From: Escherichia coli
Lineage (GTDB): Bacteria > Pseudomonadota > Gammaproteobacteria > Enterobacterales > Enterobacteriaceae
DNA length: 64,000 nt
Assembly (NCBI RefSeq): GCF_050920415.1
Contig: NZ_CP169309.1
Reading direction: 5' to 3' (one strand)
This document shows positions 39,803 through 50,477 of this stretch, piece by piece. The notes under the pieces are model-generated. The model was not told the DNA's origin and searched no databases. It saw only the letters and a list, made by a program, of their open reading frames with translations. A program made the position numbers and the translations under genes. Position 1 is the first letter of the stretch. Each line of letters opens with the position of its first letter.

Positions 39803-42535
39803 ATGATCCAGATTGATTTAGCCACGCTGGTAAAGCGGCTTAACCCCTTTGCAAAACAGGCGCTGGAAATGGCTGCCTCGGAGTGTATGAGCCAGCAGGC
39901 CAGTGAGATCACCGTTGCCCATGTGCTGTTGCAGATGCTGGCTATCCCGCGCAACGACGTAAGGGTAATTACCGAACGCACAGGCATCAGTGCGGAGGAG
40001 CTACGCCAGGCGCTGACCGTGGAGAGTTATCCCAGCGGACGTTCCGCCGAAGGCTATCCCAGCTTCTCCCCGATGCTGGTCGAATGGCTCAAGGAGTCAT
40101 GGCTGCTGGCCTCGGCCCAGATGCAGCACAGCGAACTACGCGGCGGCGTGCTGCTGCTGGCTCTGCTGCATTCACCGCTGCGCTATATTCCACCCGCTGC
40201 TGCCCGTCTGCTGACGGCCATAAACCGCGACCAGTTACAGCAGGATTTCGCGTCATGGACTAAAGAGTCCGCCGAATCCGTGAACCAGGTTGGCGGACAG
40301 GCACCCGGCACGCCTGAAACCGGCGACAGCGGGCTTGCCCGCTACGCCAAAAACATGACCGAAGATGCCCGTAACGGCAAACTTGACCCTGTACTGTGCC
40401 GTGACCATGAAATCGACCTGATGATCGACATTCTCTGCCGCCGTCGTAAAAACAATCCGGTGGTGGTGGGTGAAGCGGGTGTGGGTAAAAGTGCCTTAAT
40501 CGAAGGGCTGGCGCTGCGTATTGTCTCAGGCCAGGTGCCGGACAAGCTGAAAAACACCGATATTATGACCCTTGACCTCGGCGCATTGCAGGCCGGGGCG
40601 TCAGTGAAGGGCGAGTTTGAAAAACGCTTTAAGGGACTAATGGCGGAAGTTATCTCGTCTCCTGTGCCGGTCATTCTGTTTATCGACGAAGCGCATACCC
40701 TGATTGGCGCGGGAAATCAGGCCGGAGGACTCGATGTTTCCGGGTTGCTGAAACCGGCGCTGGCGCGGGGTGAACTGAAAACCATCGCCGCCACCACCTG
40801 GAGCGAATACAAAAAATACTTCGAGAAAGATGCCGCGCTTTCGCGCCGCTTCCAGTTAGTGAAAGTCAGTGAACCTACCGCAGCAGAGGCCACCATTATT
40901 CTGCGTGGTCTGTCGGCGGTCTATGAACAGTCTCACGGCGTGCTGATTGATGATGACGCCTTGCAGGCCGCTGCGACATTAAGTGAGCGTTATCTCTCCG
41001 GGCGTCAATTGCCGGACAAAGCGATTGATGTGCTGGATACGGCCTGCGCCCGCGTGGCAATCAACCTGTCATCGCCACCAAAGCAAATCTCAGCGCTGAC
41101 CACCCTGAGCCACCAGCAGGAGGCGGAAATTCGCCAGCTTGAGCGCGAGCTTCGCATCGGGCTGCGTACCGACACCTCGCGGATGACGGAGGTGCTGGTG
41201 CAGTATGATGTAACGCTGACGGCGCTGGATGAACTGGAAGCCGCCTGGCACCAGCAACAGGCGCTGGTACAGGAGATTATTACGCTACGCCAGCAGTTAC
41301 TGGGCGTTGCAGAGGACACAGATGCCGTAGTGGATACGCCGTCAGAGTCAGAACAGGATAATACCGGTGCCGTACTGGCTGATGAAGCTGGCAGCGTACA
41401 GCCGGAAGAGACTGTTGAAACAGTTTCCCCGGTACAGCGTCTGGCACAGCTCACTGCCGAGCTGGACGCCCTGCATAACGACCGGTTGCTGGTTTCCCCG
41501 CACGTCGATAAAACGCAGATTGCGGCGGTAATCGCAGAATGGACCGGCGTACCGCTTAACCGCCTGTCGCAGAATGAAATGTCGGTCATCACCAACCTGC
41601 CCGTATGGCTTGGAGACACTATCAAAGGCCAGGACCTGGCGATTGCCAGCCTGCATAAACATCTGCTGACTGCACGCGCCGACCTGCGCCGTCCGGGACG
41701 TCCGCTTGGCGCGTTCCTGCTGGCTGGCCCCAGCGGCGTGGGTAAAACCGAAACCGTCCTGCAACTGGCGGAACTGCTCTACGGCGGTCGCCAGTATCTG
41801 ACCACCATCAATATGTCCGAGTTTCAGGAAAAACACACCGTCTCGCGGCTGATTGGTTCCCCTCCGGGCTATGTCGGCTATGGCGAAGGTGGCGTCCTGA
41901 CCGAAGCGATTCGCCAGAAACCCTACTCGGTGGTGCTGCTCGATGAAGTGGAAAAAGCGCACCCGGATGTACTCAACCTGTTCTACCAGGCGTTTGACAA
42001 GGGCGAGATGGCAGACGGTGAAGGCCGCCTGATTGACTGTAAAAATATCGTTTTCTTCCTGACCTCCAACCTTGGCTACCAGGTGATTGTCGAACACGCC
42101 GATGACCCGGAAACCATGCAGGAAGCCCTCTATCCGGTGCTGGCGGACTTCTTTAAACCTGCCCTGCTGGCGCGCATGGAAGTGGTGCCTTACATGCCGC
42201 TGTCGAAAGAGACGCTCGCTACCATTATTGCCGGGAAACTGGCCCGCCTGGATAACGTGCTGCGCAGCCGCTTTGGCGCGGACGTGATTATTGAGCCGGA
42301 AGTGACGGACGAAATCATGAGCCGTGTCACCCGCGCTGAAAACGGCGCAAGGATGCTCGAATCGGTCATCGACGGCGACATGCTGCCGCCGCTCTCGCTG
42401 CTGCTGTTGCAGAAGATGGCAGCCAACACGGCGATTGCCCGGATTCGTCTGTCGGCGGCAGACGGTGCATTCACAGCAGACGTGGAAGATGCTCAGGACG
42501 ACGAGTCCGTCACAGAGGATGAAACGGTTTTATGA
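39803..42535 (+). CDS. tssH: T6SS AAA+ ATPase ClpV (TssH)
   Basis: 910 aa, two Walker A motifs (GEAGVGKS, GPSGVGKT), Clp N-domain. Confidence 0.9.
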   Translation: MIQIDLATLVKRLNPFAKQALEMAASECMSQQASEITVAHVLLQMLAIPRNDVRVITERTGISAEELRQALTVESYPSGRSAEGYPSFSPMLVEWLKESWLLASAQMQHSELRGGVLLLALLHSPLRYIPPAAARLLTAINRDQLQQDFASWTKESAESVNQVGGQAPGTPETGDSGLARYAKNMTEDARNGKLDPVLCRDHEIDLMIDILCRRRKNNPVVVGEAGVGKSALIEGLALRIVSGQVPDKLKNTDIMTLDLGALQAGASVKGEFEKRFKGLMAEVISSPVPVILFIDEAHTLIGAGNQAGGLDVSGLLKPALARGELKTIAATTWSEYKKYFEKDAALSRRFQLVKVSEPTAAEATIILRGLSAVYEQSHGVLIDDDALQAAATLSERYLSGRQLPDKAIDVLDTACARVAINLSSPPKQISALTTLSHQQEAEIRQLERELRIGLRTDTSRMTEVLVQYDVTLTALDELEAAWHQQQALVQEIITLRQQLLGVAEDTDAVVDTPSESEQDNTGAVLADEAGSVQPEETVETVSPVQRLAQLTAELDALHNDRLLVSPHVDKTQIAAVIAEWTGVPLNRLSQNEMSVITNLPVWLGDTIKGQDLAIASLHKHLLTARADLRRPGRPLGAFLLAGPSGVGKTETVLQLAELLYGGRQYLTTINMSEFQEKHTVSRLIGSPPGYVGYGEGGVLTEAIRQKPYSVVLLDEVEKAHPDVLNLFYQAFDKGEMADGEGRLIDCKNIVFFLTSNLGYQVIVEHADDPETMQEALYPVLADFFKPALLARMEVVPYMPLSKETLATIIAGKLARLDNVLRSRFGADVIIEPEVTDEIMSRVTRAENGARMLESVIDGDMLPPLSLLLLQKMAANTAIARIRLSAADGAFTADVEDAQDDESVTEDETVL

Positions 42536-43275
42536 GCAGGTTGCGCGTTTTCCGGCAGACAGGATTGTTTATCGCGGGCCTGATGGCGGGCTTACCCGCC
42601 AGTGCCGCACCCGCAGAAACATCGTCAATGGCCGGTGTGGCGGTAGCTGTCGCCACAGCGACACCGCCGGATGCGACAGCCACGTTACAGGCCATGCAGT
42701 CCTGTCGCCAGGAGACGGCGGCGCTGGATCGGCTTGACTGTTATGACCGCATTCTTGCGCCGGAACAGGCTGGCTTTGGTGGTGCCGCACTGGTGAAAGC
42801 TCGTTACCAGGGTGAAGCCTGGACCCGTGCGACAGAACAGGAAAAACGCCGCCAGGGCAACACCACGGAGCTGCTGGTAACGCAAGTACCGGGTGAACGC
42901 CCGACGGTGGTGATAACCACCCCGGCTATCGGCCATGTTCCGCCGCGCCCGGTGCTGATGTTCAGTTGCGTGGACAATATCACCCGGATGCAGGTGGCGC
43001 TGATGCACCCTCTGGATGTCCATGATATCGCCGTCACCCTGAATGCCGACAGCCGGGCATTGCGCAGCCACTGGTTTGTGCGCGAGAACGGCACCCTGCT
43101 GGAGTCCAGCCGGGGGTTATCCGGTATCGATGAAATTAAGCAACTGTTCGGCGCAAAAACGCTGACGGTGGATACCGGCACAGACAACGCCGCCGGAAAG
43201 CTGACCTTTAACATTGACGGGCTGGCACGGGTTATTGCGCCGCTACGCGACGCCTGCCACTGGGCGGGAGAATAA
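42532..43275 (+). CDS. T6SS-associated periplasmic protein (VasI-like; assignment tentative)
   Basis: 247 aa, signal peptide; sits in the position of vasI in Vibrio-type clusters. Confidence 0.4.
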   Translation: MSRLRVFRQTGLFIAGLMAGLPASAAPAETSSMAGVAVAVATATPPDATATLQAMQSCRQETAALDRLDCYDRILAPEQAGFGGAALVKARYQGEAWTRATEQEKRRQGNTTELLVTQVPGERPTVVITTPAIGHVPPRPVLMFSCVDNITRMQVALMHPLDVHDIAVTLNADSRALRSHWFVRENGTLLESSRGLSGIDEIKQLFGAKTLTVDTGTDNAAGKLTFNIDGLARVIAPLRDACHWAGE

Positions 43276-43279
43276 GAAT

Positions 43280-44722
43280 ATGGCAATGGACTTACGTAAT
43301 CCTGATGTATGGCTTGCACACCTGCTGGAAAACCTGCCGGAAGATAAGCGGTCCGCCGCGCTTGATGATGGCAATGCAGACTGGGAGTTTATCGACAGCG
43401 AAATCGTCAAGCTCGGCTCGCTGGCGCACAGCCAGCTCGATATCCCGGAACTTCAGCGCCGGGGCCTGATGCTTCTGGCCTCAGAAACCAAAGATTTTCG
43501 CCTGCTGGCCCACCTGCTGCGTACCCTGCAACATGCCGGTGATATTCTGCTGGCCACCAGGATGCTGGCACAATATACAGAACACTACTGGACATGCGCC
43601 GCACCGCAGAACATGGCCCACAAAAAACGCTTTGCCGCCCAGGTGATAAAACGCTTTGAGTCTGCCGTTCAGGACTTTGCCGGGAATGCTGCGACAATAC
43701 AGCGCGATGCTTTGCTGGGAGAGCTGGCAAAACTGGCACAGTGCTGGCAGGCGCACAACGCGCCTGAGCTGGCTAAGGCGACAGACGATTTATTTGCCCT
43801 GTTTCAGCGCGCGTTTCGTGATGTAGCGCCTGAAATGCCATCATCTGCACGAACCGCCGCCATTGCGCCGCAGGCCACAGCCGGATCTGTACCGGATATG
43901 TCACCGCACACGGTTGCCGCTCAGCCTCCTGTTGCAGCCACTCCAATCCCGCAGGTCACTGTTGACAGCCACGACGATAAAGCATGGCGCGACACCCTGC
44001 TGAAGGTGGCCGCCATTCTCTGTGAGCGCCAGCCGGAGTCACCGCAGGGTTACCGACTGCGCCGCCATGCTCTGTGGCAGACCATCACCAGTCCCCCGCA
44101 GGCAGAAAGCGATGGCCGGACCCCACTGGCAGCCTTCCCTGTCGATATGATGGATGATTACCTGGCGCGGCTGAACAATGCCGACATGGCGCTGTGGCAG
44201 CAGGTGGAAAAAAGCCTGCTGCTGGCCCCGTACTGGCTGGACGGCCATTACCTCTCAGCACAGACCGCGTTGCGCCTTGGTTATATACAGGTGGCGGATG
44301 CTATCCGTGATGAAGTTACCAGTTTTCTTGCTCGCCTGCCCGCACTGCTCAACATGTTGTTTAACGACCGCACTCCGTTTGTGTCCGAACAGACGAAACA
44401 GTGGCTGGCATCATCGGGCTCAGGCAACCAAACCGCAGCAGCTGTACAGACCGATGAAGAATTACAGGCGGCCAGGGCGTGCTTCGATGAGAACGGGCTG
44501 GAAACCGCGCTGCGGTATCTGGAAAACCTGCCCGAAGGTGATCCCCGTAACCAGTTTCATCGCCAATTTTTCGGCGCGCAGTTACTGGAAGAAGCCGGTA
44601 TGGTTCAGCTTGCACAACAGCAGTACCGGATGCTCTTCAGAACAGGATTACACATGATGCTGTCCGAATGGGAACCGTCCCTGCTGGAAGCTCTGGAACA
44701 AAAATTCACGGCAGAACAGTAA
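43280..44722 (+). CDS. tssA: T6SS protein TssA (VasJ-like)
   Basis: ATG 43280; about 480 aa; upstream of tssM as in Vibrio-type gene order. Confidence 0.55.
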   Translation: MAMDLRNPDVWLAHLLENLPEDKRSAALDDGNADWEFIDSEIVKLGSLAHSQLDIPELQRRGLMLLASETKDFRLLAHLLRTLQHAGDILLATRMLAQYTEHYWTCAAPQNMAHKKRFAAQVIKRFESAVQDFAGNAATIQRDALLGELAKLAQCWQAHNAPELAKATDDLFALFQRAFRDVAPEMPSSARTAAIAPQATAGSVPDMSPHTVAAQPPVAATPIPQVTVDSHDDKAWRDTLLKVAAILCERQPESPQGYRLRRHALWQTITSPPQAESDGRTPLAAFPVDMMDDYLARLNNADMALWQQVEKSLLLAPYWLDGHYLSAQTALRLGYIQVADAIRDEVTSFLARLPALLNMLFNDRTPFVSEQTKQWLASSGSGNQTAAAVQTDEELQAARACFDENGLETALRYLENLPEGDPRNQFHRQFFGAQLLEEAGMVQLAQQQYRMLFRTGLHMMLSEWEPSLLEALEQKFTAEQ

Positions 44723-44741
44723 AAGATAACAAGGAGTTACC

Positions 44742-47700
44742 GTGTTCAAATTTCCCACATCCCGACTGTTCAGCTCGTTGAGATCTGCGCTCAGGCCAGC
44801 GATGCCGCGATTCAGGGTATCCGCCGCCTGGCTGCTGGCGCTGGCATGGATTTTTCTGCTGGTGTGGATCTGGTGGCAGGGTCCAAAATGGACGCTCTAT
44901 GAGCAGCACTGGCTGGCTCCGCTGGCAAACCGCTGGCTGGCGACCGCCGTCTGGGGGCTTATCGCTCTGGTCTGGCTCACCTGGCGGGTAATGAAGCGTC
45001 TGCAAAAGCTGGAAAAACAGCAGAAACAGCAGCGGGAGGAAGAAAAAGATCCGTTGACCGTGGAACTCCACCACCAGCAGCAATATCTGGATCACTGGCT
45101 GCTGCGCCTGCGCCGCCATCTGGATAACCGCCGTTATCTGTGGCAGTTGCCGTGGTATATGGTCATTGGTCCTGCGGGTAGCGGCAAAAGCACGCTGCTG
45201 CGCGAGGGCTTTCCGTCTGACATTATTTACATGCCGGAAAGCATCCGGGGGGTGGAATATCATCCGCTGATCACACCGCGAGTGGGCAACCAGGCAGTAA
45301 TTTTCGATGTTGACGGCGTACTGACCTCCCCCGGCGGGGATGATCTGCTCCACCGCCGCCTGCGCGAACACTGGCTGGGCTGGCTGATGGAAACGCGCGC
45401 ACGCCAGCCGCTCAATGGTCTGATCCTGACGCTCGATCTTCCCGAACTGCTGACGGCGGATAAACCCCGTCGCGAAGCACTGGTACAAAATCTGCGTCAG
45501 CAACTTCAGGAAATTCGCCAGTGCCTGCACTGCCGGTTGCCCGTTTATGTGGTGCTGACCCGACTGGATCTACTGACCGGCTTTGCCGCGCTGTTCCATT
45601 CACTGGATAAAAAAGACCGCGACGCGATCCTCGGCGTCACGTTTACCCGCCGCGCTCATGAAAACGATGACTGGCGCAGCGAGCTGAGCACCTTCTGGCA
45701 GACCTGGGGACAACAGATGAACCTGGCCCTGTCAGACCTGATGCTCGTGCAGACCGGCACTGCATTGCGCAGTGCCGTGTTCAGCTTCTCCCGTCAGATG
45801 CAGGGAACGGGAGAAATCGTCACCGCACTGCTCGCCGCATTGCTGGACGGTGAGAACATGGATGTGATGCTGCGCGGCGTCTGGCTCACATCATCGCTAC
45901 AGCGTGGCCAGGTGGATGATATTTTCACGCAGTCTGCCGCCCGCCAGTACGGGCTGGGCAACAGTTCGCTGGCAACCTGGCCTCTGGTGGAGACAACGCC
46001 CTATTTCACCCGCCGCCTCTTCCCTGAAGTCCTGCTATCCGAGCCGAACCTGGCGGGTGAAAACAGCGTCTGGCTGAGCAGCTCCCGGCGCAGGCTGACC
46101 GCCTTTTCCGCCTGTGGCGCAGCGCTGGTGGCGTTGCTGGTCGGAAGCTGGCACCATTATTACAACCAGAACTGGCAGTCCGGCGTTAACGTACTGGCAC
46201 AGGCTAAAGCCTTTATGGACGTACCACCACCGCAGGGAACGGATGAATTCGGCAATCTGCAACTACCGTTGCTTAACCCGGTACGCGATGCCACCCTGGC
46301 CTATGGCGATTACCGCGATCACGGTTTTCTGGCGGATATGGGATTGTACCAGGGCGTCCGCGTAGGGCCGTATGTGGAGCAAACCTACATTCAGCTTCTT
46401 GAGCAGCGTTATCTCCCCTCATTAATGAACGGCCTGATCCGGGATCTGAACAATGCCCCGCCAGAGAGCGAAGAAAAGCTCGCCGTGCTGCGCATACTGC
46501 GCATGATGGAAGACAAAAGTGGGCGCAACAACGAGGCGGTAAAACAGTACATGGCGCGGCGCTGGAGCAATGAATTTCACGGCCAGCGTGATATTCAGGC
46601 GCAACTGATGGCGCATCTGGAGTATGCGCTTGAGCACACGGACTGGCACGCGCAGCGCCAATCCGGTGATAGCGATGCTGTCAGCCGCTGGATACCCTAT
46701 GATAAACCGGTCATTAATGCACAACATGAACTGAGCAAGCTGCCCATATACCAGCGTGTCTACCAGACACTACGCACCAAAGCATTAAGCGTGTTGCCCG
46801 CCGATATGAATTTGCGCGACCAGGTTGGCCCCACCTTCGACAAAGTTTTCGTCGCTGGTAATGATGAAAAACTGGTGATCCCGCAGTTTCTCACCCGCTA
46901 TGGCCTGCAAAGCTATTTTGTCAAACAGCGTGAGGGCCTCGTTGAACTGACCGCGCTGGATTCGTGGGTACTGAACCTGACGCAAAGCGTCGCCTACAGC
47001 GAGGCCGACCGTGAAGAGATCCAGCGTCATATTACCGAACAGTACATCAGTGATTACACCGCCACCTGGCGTGCCGGAATGGATAACCTCAACGTACGTG
47101 ATTATGAGGCTATGCCGGAGCTGACCGACGCGCTGGAGCAGATTATCAGCGGCGACCAGCCGTTCCAGCGTGCACTGACAGCGCTGCGAGATAATACCCA
47201 CGCGTTAACGCTCCCCGGTAAACTGGACGATAAGGCGAGAGAAGCGGCGATAAATGAGCTGGATTACCGCCTGCTATCCCGGCTGGGACATGAGTTCGCA
47301 CCAGAAAACAGCGCACTGGAGGAGCAAAAGGACAAAGCGAGTACGCTCCAAGCCGTGTACCAGCAACTGACCGAGTTGCATCGTTACCTTCTGGCGATCC
47401 AGAACTCACCAGTGCCGGGGAAATCGGCACTAAAAGCAGTACAGCTACGGCTGGATCTAAACAGCAGCGATCCAATCTTCGCCACCCGTCAGATGGCAAA
47501 AACCCTGCCTGCGCCTCTTAACCGCTGGGTGGGCAAGCTGGCGGATCAGGCCTGGCATGTAGTGATGGTGGAAGCCGTTCATTACATGGAAGTGGACTGG
47601 CGCAACAATGTAGTGAATCCCTTCAACGAACAGCTTGCCGACAACTATCCATTTAATCCACGCGCCACACAGGATGCCTCACTGGATGCGTTTGAACGTT

Positions 47701-48269
47701 TCTTTAAACCGGATGGCATTCTGGACAATTTCTATAAGGATAACCTGCGACTGTTCCTTGAAAACGATCTGACCTTTGGCGACGACGGCAGAGTGCTGAT
47801 CCGTGAAGATATCCGACAACAACTGGATACCGCGCAAAAAATCCGCGACATCTTCTTCAGCCAGCAGAACGGGCTGGGCACACAATTTGCCGTGGAAACG
47901 GTGTCGCTTTCCGGCAATAAACGGCGCAGCGTACTTAACCTGGACGGCCAGTTAGTGGACTACAGCCAGGGACGCAACTATACCGCCCATCTGGTCTGGC
48001 CAAACAACATGCGTGAAGGCAATGAAAGCAAGCTGACGCTGGTTGGCACCAGCGGTGGAGCACCGCGCAGTATCGCTTTCAGTGGACCGTGGGCGCAGTT
48101 CCGCCTGTTCGGCGCGGGCCAGTTGACCAACGTGACCAGTGACACCTTTAACGTGCGCTTTAACGTGGACGGCGGCGCGATGGTTTATCGGGTGCATGTG
48201 GATACCGAAGATAACCCGTTCACCGGTGGTCTGTTCAGCCAATTCCGTTTACCGGATACGTTGTATTAA
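44742..48269 (+). CDS. tssM: T6SS membrane complex protein TssM (IcmF-like)
   Basis: GTG start with AAGGAG SD; 1175 aa; N-terminal TM helices, Walker A GPAGSGKST. Confidence 0.9.
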   Translation: MFKFPTSRLFSSLRSALRPAMPRFRVSAAWLLALAWIFLLVWIWWQGPKWTLYEQHWLAPLANRWLATAVWGLIALVWLTWRVMKRLQKLEKQQKQQREEEKDPLTVELHHQQQYLDHWLLRLRRHLDNRRYLWQLPWYMVIGPAGSGKSTLLREGFPSDIIYMPESIRGVEYHPLITPRVGNQAVIFDVDGVLTSPGGDDLLHRRLREHWLGWLMETRARQPLNGLILTLDLPELLTADKPRREALVQNLRQQLQEIRQCLHCRLPVYVVLTRLDLLTGFAALFHSLDKKDRDAILGVTFTRRAHENDDWRSELSTFWQTWGQQMNLALSDLMLVQTGTALRSAVFSFSRQMQGTGEIVTALLAALLDGENMDVMLRGVWLTSSLQRGQVDDIFTQSAARQYGLGNSSLATWPLVETTPYFTRRLFPEVLLSEPNLAGENSVWLSSSRRRLTAFSACGAALVALLVGSWHHYYNQNWQSGVNVLAQAKAFMDVPPPQGTDEFGNLQLPLLNPVRDATLAYGDYRDHGFLADMGLYQGVRVGPYVEQTYIQLLEQRYLPSLMNGLIRDLNNAPPESEEKLAVLRILRMMEDKSGRNNEAVKQYMARRWSNEFHGQRDIQAQLMAHLEYALEHTDWHAQRQSGDSDAVSRWIPYDKPVINAQHELSKLPIYQRVYQTLRTKALSVLPADMNLRDQVGPTFDKVFVAGNDEKLVIPQFLTRYGLQSYFVKQREGLVELTALDSWVLNLTQSVAYSEADREEIQRHITEQYISDYTATWRAGMDNLNVRDYEAMPELTDALEQIISGDQPFQRALTALRDNTHALTLPGKLDDKAREAAINELDYRLLSRLGHEFAPENSALEEQKDKASTLQAVYQQLTELHRYLLAIQNSPVPGKSALKAVQLRLDLNSSDPIFATRQMAKTLPAPLNRWVGKLADQAWHVVMVEAVHYMEVDWRNNVVNPFNEQLADNYPFNPRATQDASLDAFERFFKPDGILDNFYKDNLRLFLENDLTFGDDGRVLIREDIRQQLDTAQKIRDIFFSQQNGLGTQFAVETVSLSGNKRRSVLNLDGQLVDYSQGRNYTAHLVWPNNMREGNESKLTLVGTSGGAPRSIAFSGPWAQFRLFGAGQLTNVTSDTFNVRFNVDGGAMVYRVHVDTEDNPFTGGLFSQFRLPDTLY

Positions 48270-48277
48270 GGGGGTTA

Positions 48278-49639
48278 GTGATGAGCAACAATGTACTGAC
48301 ACAAACTATCGTTACCGGCAGCGATCCGCGTACCCTGCCGGAGTTCAGCGCCATCCGCGAAGAAATTAACAAAGCTAACCACCCGTCACAGCCGGAGCTG
48401 AACTGGAAACTAGTGGAATCGCTGGCGCTGTCAATTTTTAAGGCCAACGGGGTGGATTTGCATACCGCCACCTACTATACGCTGGCACGTACACGTAATC
48501 AGGGACTGGCAGGGTTCTGTGAAGGCGCGGAACTGCTAGCTGCGATGATCACCCACGAATGGGATAAATTCTGGCCGCAAAGTGGCCCGGCGAGGACTGA
48601 GATGCTGGACTGGTTCAACACCCGCACCGGGAATATCCTGCGCCAGCAGGTTTCCTTTTCCGAAAATGATCTTTCGTTGCTCTACCGCACGGAACGGGCT
48701 TTGCAGCTTATCTGCGACAAACTCCAGCAGGTGGAACTGAAGCGCCAACCGCGCGTGGAAAATCTGCTTTATTTTGTGCAGAACACACGCAAGCGGTTTG
48801 AGCCGCAGCCCAGAAACCGTACTGCTACGGCGGCACAGACCATGGTCAGAACGCTGGTCTATGCGCCTGAAGGCACGGCTTCCGCCACAGCGGAAACCAT
48901 GCCCCCCCTACCCGACCTGCCGGAAATGCGGGTGGAGGTGCGCGGAGTGGCAGATAACGCCGACAAAGCAAAACAGGGCGACACGGTAAAAGGTTTTGTT
49001 GCCGGTGCCGCCTGTACTGCCGTTATCGCTGCTGCACTCTGGTGGTGGCAGACGTACCCGATGCAGCGGCAGCTTACAAAGGTCAGGGATACCACACAGG
49101 GAGCAGCCACCGTCTGGCTGGCATCACCGGTACTGAAAGAATATGAACAGAACCTGCAACAGCTTCTGAATACCCCACCGCTACAGCCGCTGGAAACCGG
49201 AATGCAGATGATGCGCACCGCAGACACCCTCTGGCCGGAAAGCCTGCAACAGCAGGAAGCCAGCCGGATGTGGAGCACCACGCTGAGAAACCGGGCGCAA
49301 GCCAGTCCGCAGATGAAGGGCTGGCAACAGGCGCGGCAGAATTTGCGGGATTTTGCGGATCTGATGATGAAAAAGGAGACGGAGAAACAGGGTTTCACCC
49401 TCTCGTATATCAAAACGGTGACCTGGCAGGCCGAACGGTTACTGAATCAGGAAACTCCACTGGAGTACATGCTGACGCAGTACCAGGAGACCCGCACGCA
49501 GAATCAGGACACACAAGCGCTAGCAAAAGAGATCAACCAACGGCTGGATGGGCTGTTAAGCCGCTGGCTGTTGCTGAAAAATACCGGACAGGATATGGCA
49601 ACGGACAACAGCACCGTGCCAGTCCCTCCGACCCATTGA
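48278..49639 (+). CDS. T6SS accessory protein with ImpA-like N-terminal region and central TM segment (VasL/TagA-like)
   Basis: 453 aa; position after tssM; TM segment VAGAACTAVIAAALWWW. Confidence 0.45.
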   Translation: MMSNNVLTQTIVTGSDPRTLPEFSAIREEINKANHPSQPELNWKLVESLALSIFKANGVDLHTATYYTLARTRNQGLAGFCEGAELLAAMITHEWDKFWPQSGPARTEMLDWFNTRTGNILRQQVSFSENDLSLLYRTERALQLICDKLQQVELKRQPRVENLLYFVQNTRKRFEPQPRNRTATAAQTMVRTLVYAPEGTASATAETMPPLPDLPEMRVEVRGVADNADKAKQGDTVKGFVAGAACTAVIAAALWWWQTYPMQRQLTKVRDTTQGAATVWLASPVLKEYEQNLQQLLNTPPLQPLETGMQMMRTADTLWPESLQQQEASRMWSTTLRNRAQASPQMKGWQQARQNLRDFADLMMKKETEKQGFTLSYIKTVTWQAERLLNQETPLEYMLTQYQETRTQNQDTQALAKEINQRLDGLLSRWLLLKNTGQDMATDNSTVPVPPTH

Positions 49640-49656
49640 GTTTAAGGAGAATAACA

Positions 49657-50136
49657 ATGGCAAATCCCGTCTATCTGACACTGAACGGAGAACTTCAGGG
49701 GCTGATTTCATCCGGATGCTCGTCAATGCCGTCCATCGGTAACAAAGCCCAGATTGCACATCAGGATCAGATCATGGTGACGTCACTGTCCCATGGTCTG
49801 AGCCGGGCGCAGAATGTCAACCACCAGGAGCTGACCATCACGAAACCGGTGGACAAATCTTCCCCCCTGCTGGGCAAGGCCATTTCGGAGAATGAATGTC
49901 TGACCTGTGATTTTGTATTCTATCGCACCAACCGCTTTGGTGTTAATGAACCGTACTACAAGGTGAAACTGACTAACGCCCGGATCTCAAACATCGGCCT
50001 TACCGTTCCCCATACCATTAACGACAGCCCAGGACAGCCGGAAGAGTCTGTGTCATTTACCTATGAGAGTATCAACTGGGAGCACAGCGTCGCCGGAACC
50101 AGTGCGTACAGCCTTTGGAGTGAACGGATTTTCTAA
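49657..50136 (+). CDS. hcp: T6SS tube protein Hcp (TssD), core-operon copy
   Basis: ATG 49657 with AAGGAGA SD; 160 aa Hcp-like. Confidence 0.85.
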   Translation: MANPVYLTLNGELQGLISSGCSSMPSIGNKAQIAHQDQIMVTSLSHGLSRAQNVNHQELTITKPVDKSSPLLGKAISENECLTCDFVFYRTNRFGVNEPYYKVKLTNARISNIGLTVPHTINDSPGQPEESVSFTYESINWEHSVAGTSAYSLWSERIF

Positions 50137-50477
50137 GTTACCTAGGAGTTTTTCATCTGCATTATTGTTATATTTTAAAAAGGCAATTTAACATCATAAA
50201 ATAAAATGATAAAGTACGGTTAATCACGAATAAAAATTCTTAATTAACCGTACCTGCTGTTTTATAGATGTGTATGATGTATTTTTGACAGTTCAACCGA
50301 AAACTCGAACTACAGCTTATATGTTGAGAGAACAATAAATAACTTTAGTAAAGTTTTTTACTACTCCTAAAAAAATATATATGTAAAATTAATTAGCAGA
50401 CTTGAACCAGAGTATAAATAGAAAAGAAAATGCTCTTTCTTGCTAAGTACCATTAAAACGTCTGGTATAAAACCTTA

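Noticed and set aside
41005-42097. Minus-strand ORFs 41005-41625 and 41348-42097 inside clpV
   Set aside because: Antisense to clpV, whose AAA+ motifs are unambiguous on the plus strand.
50137-50477. Direct repeat of the tRNA-Asp 3' end marking an att site at the island edge
   Set aside because: Only a weak resemblance (ccgaaaactcgaac near 50295-50310) to the tRNA 3' end, and no integrase gene in the island; insufficient for an att call.
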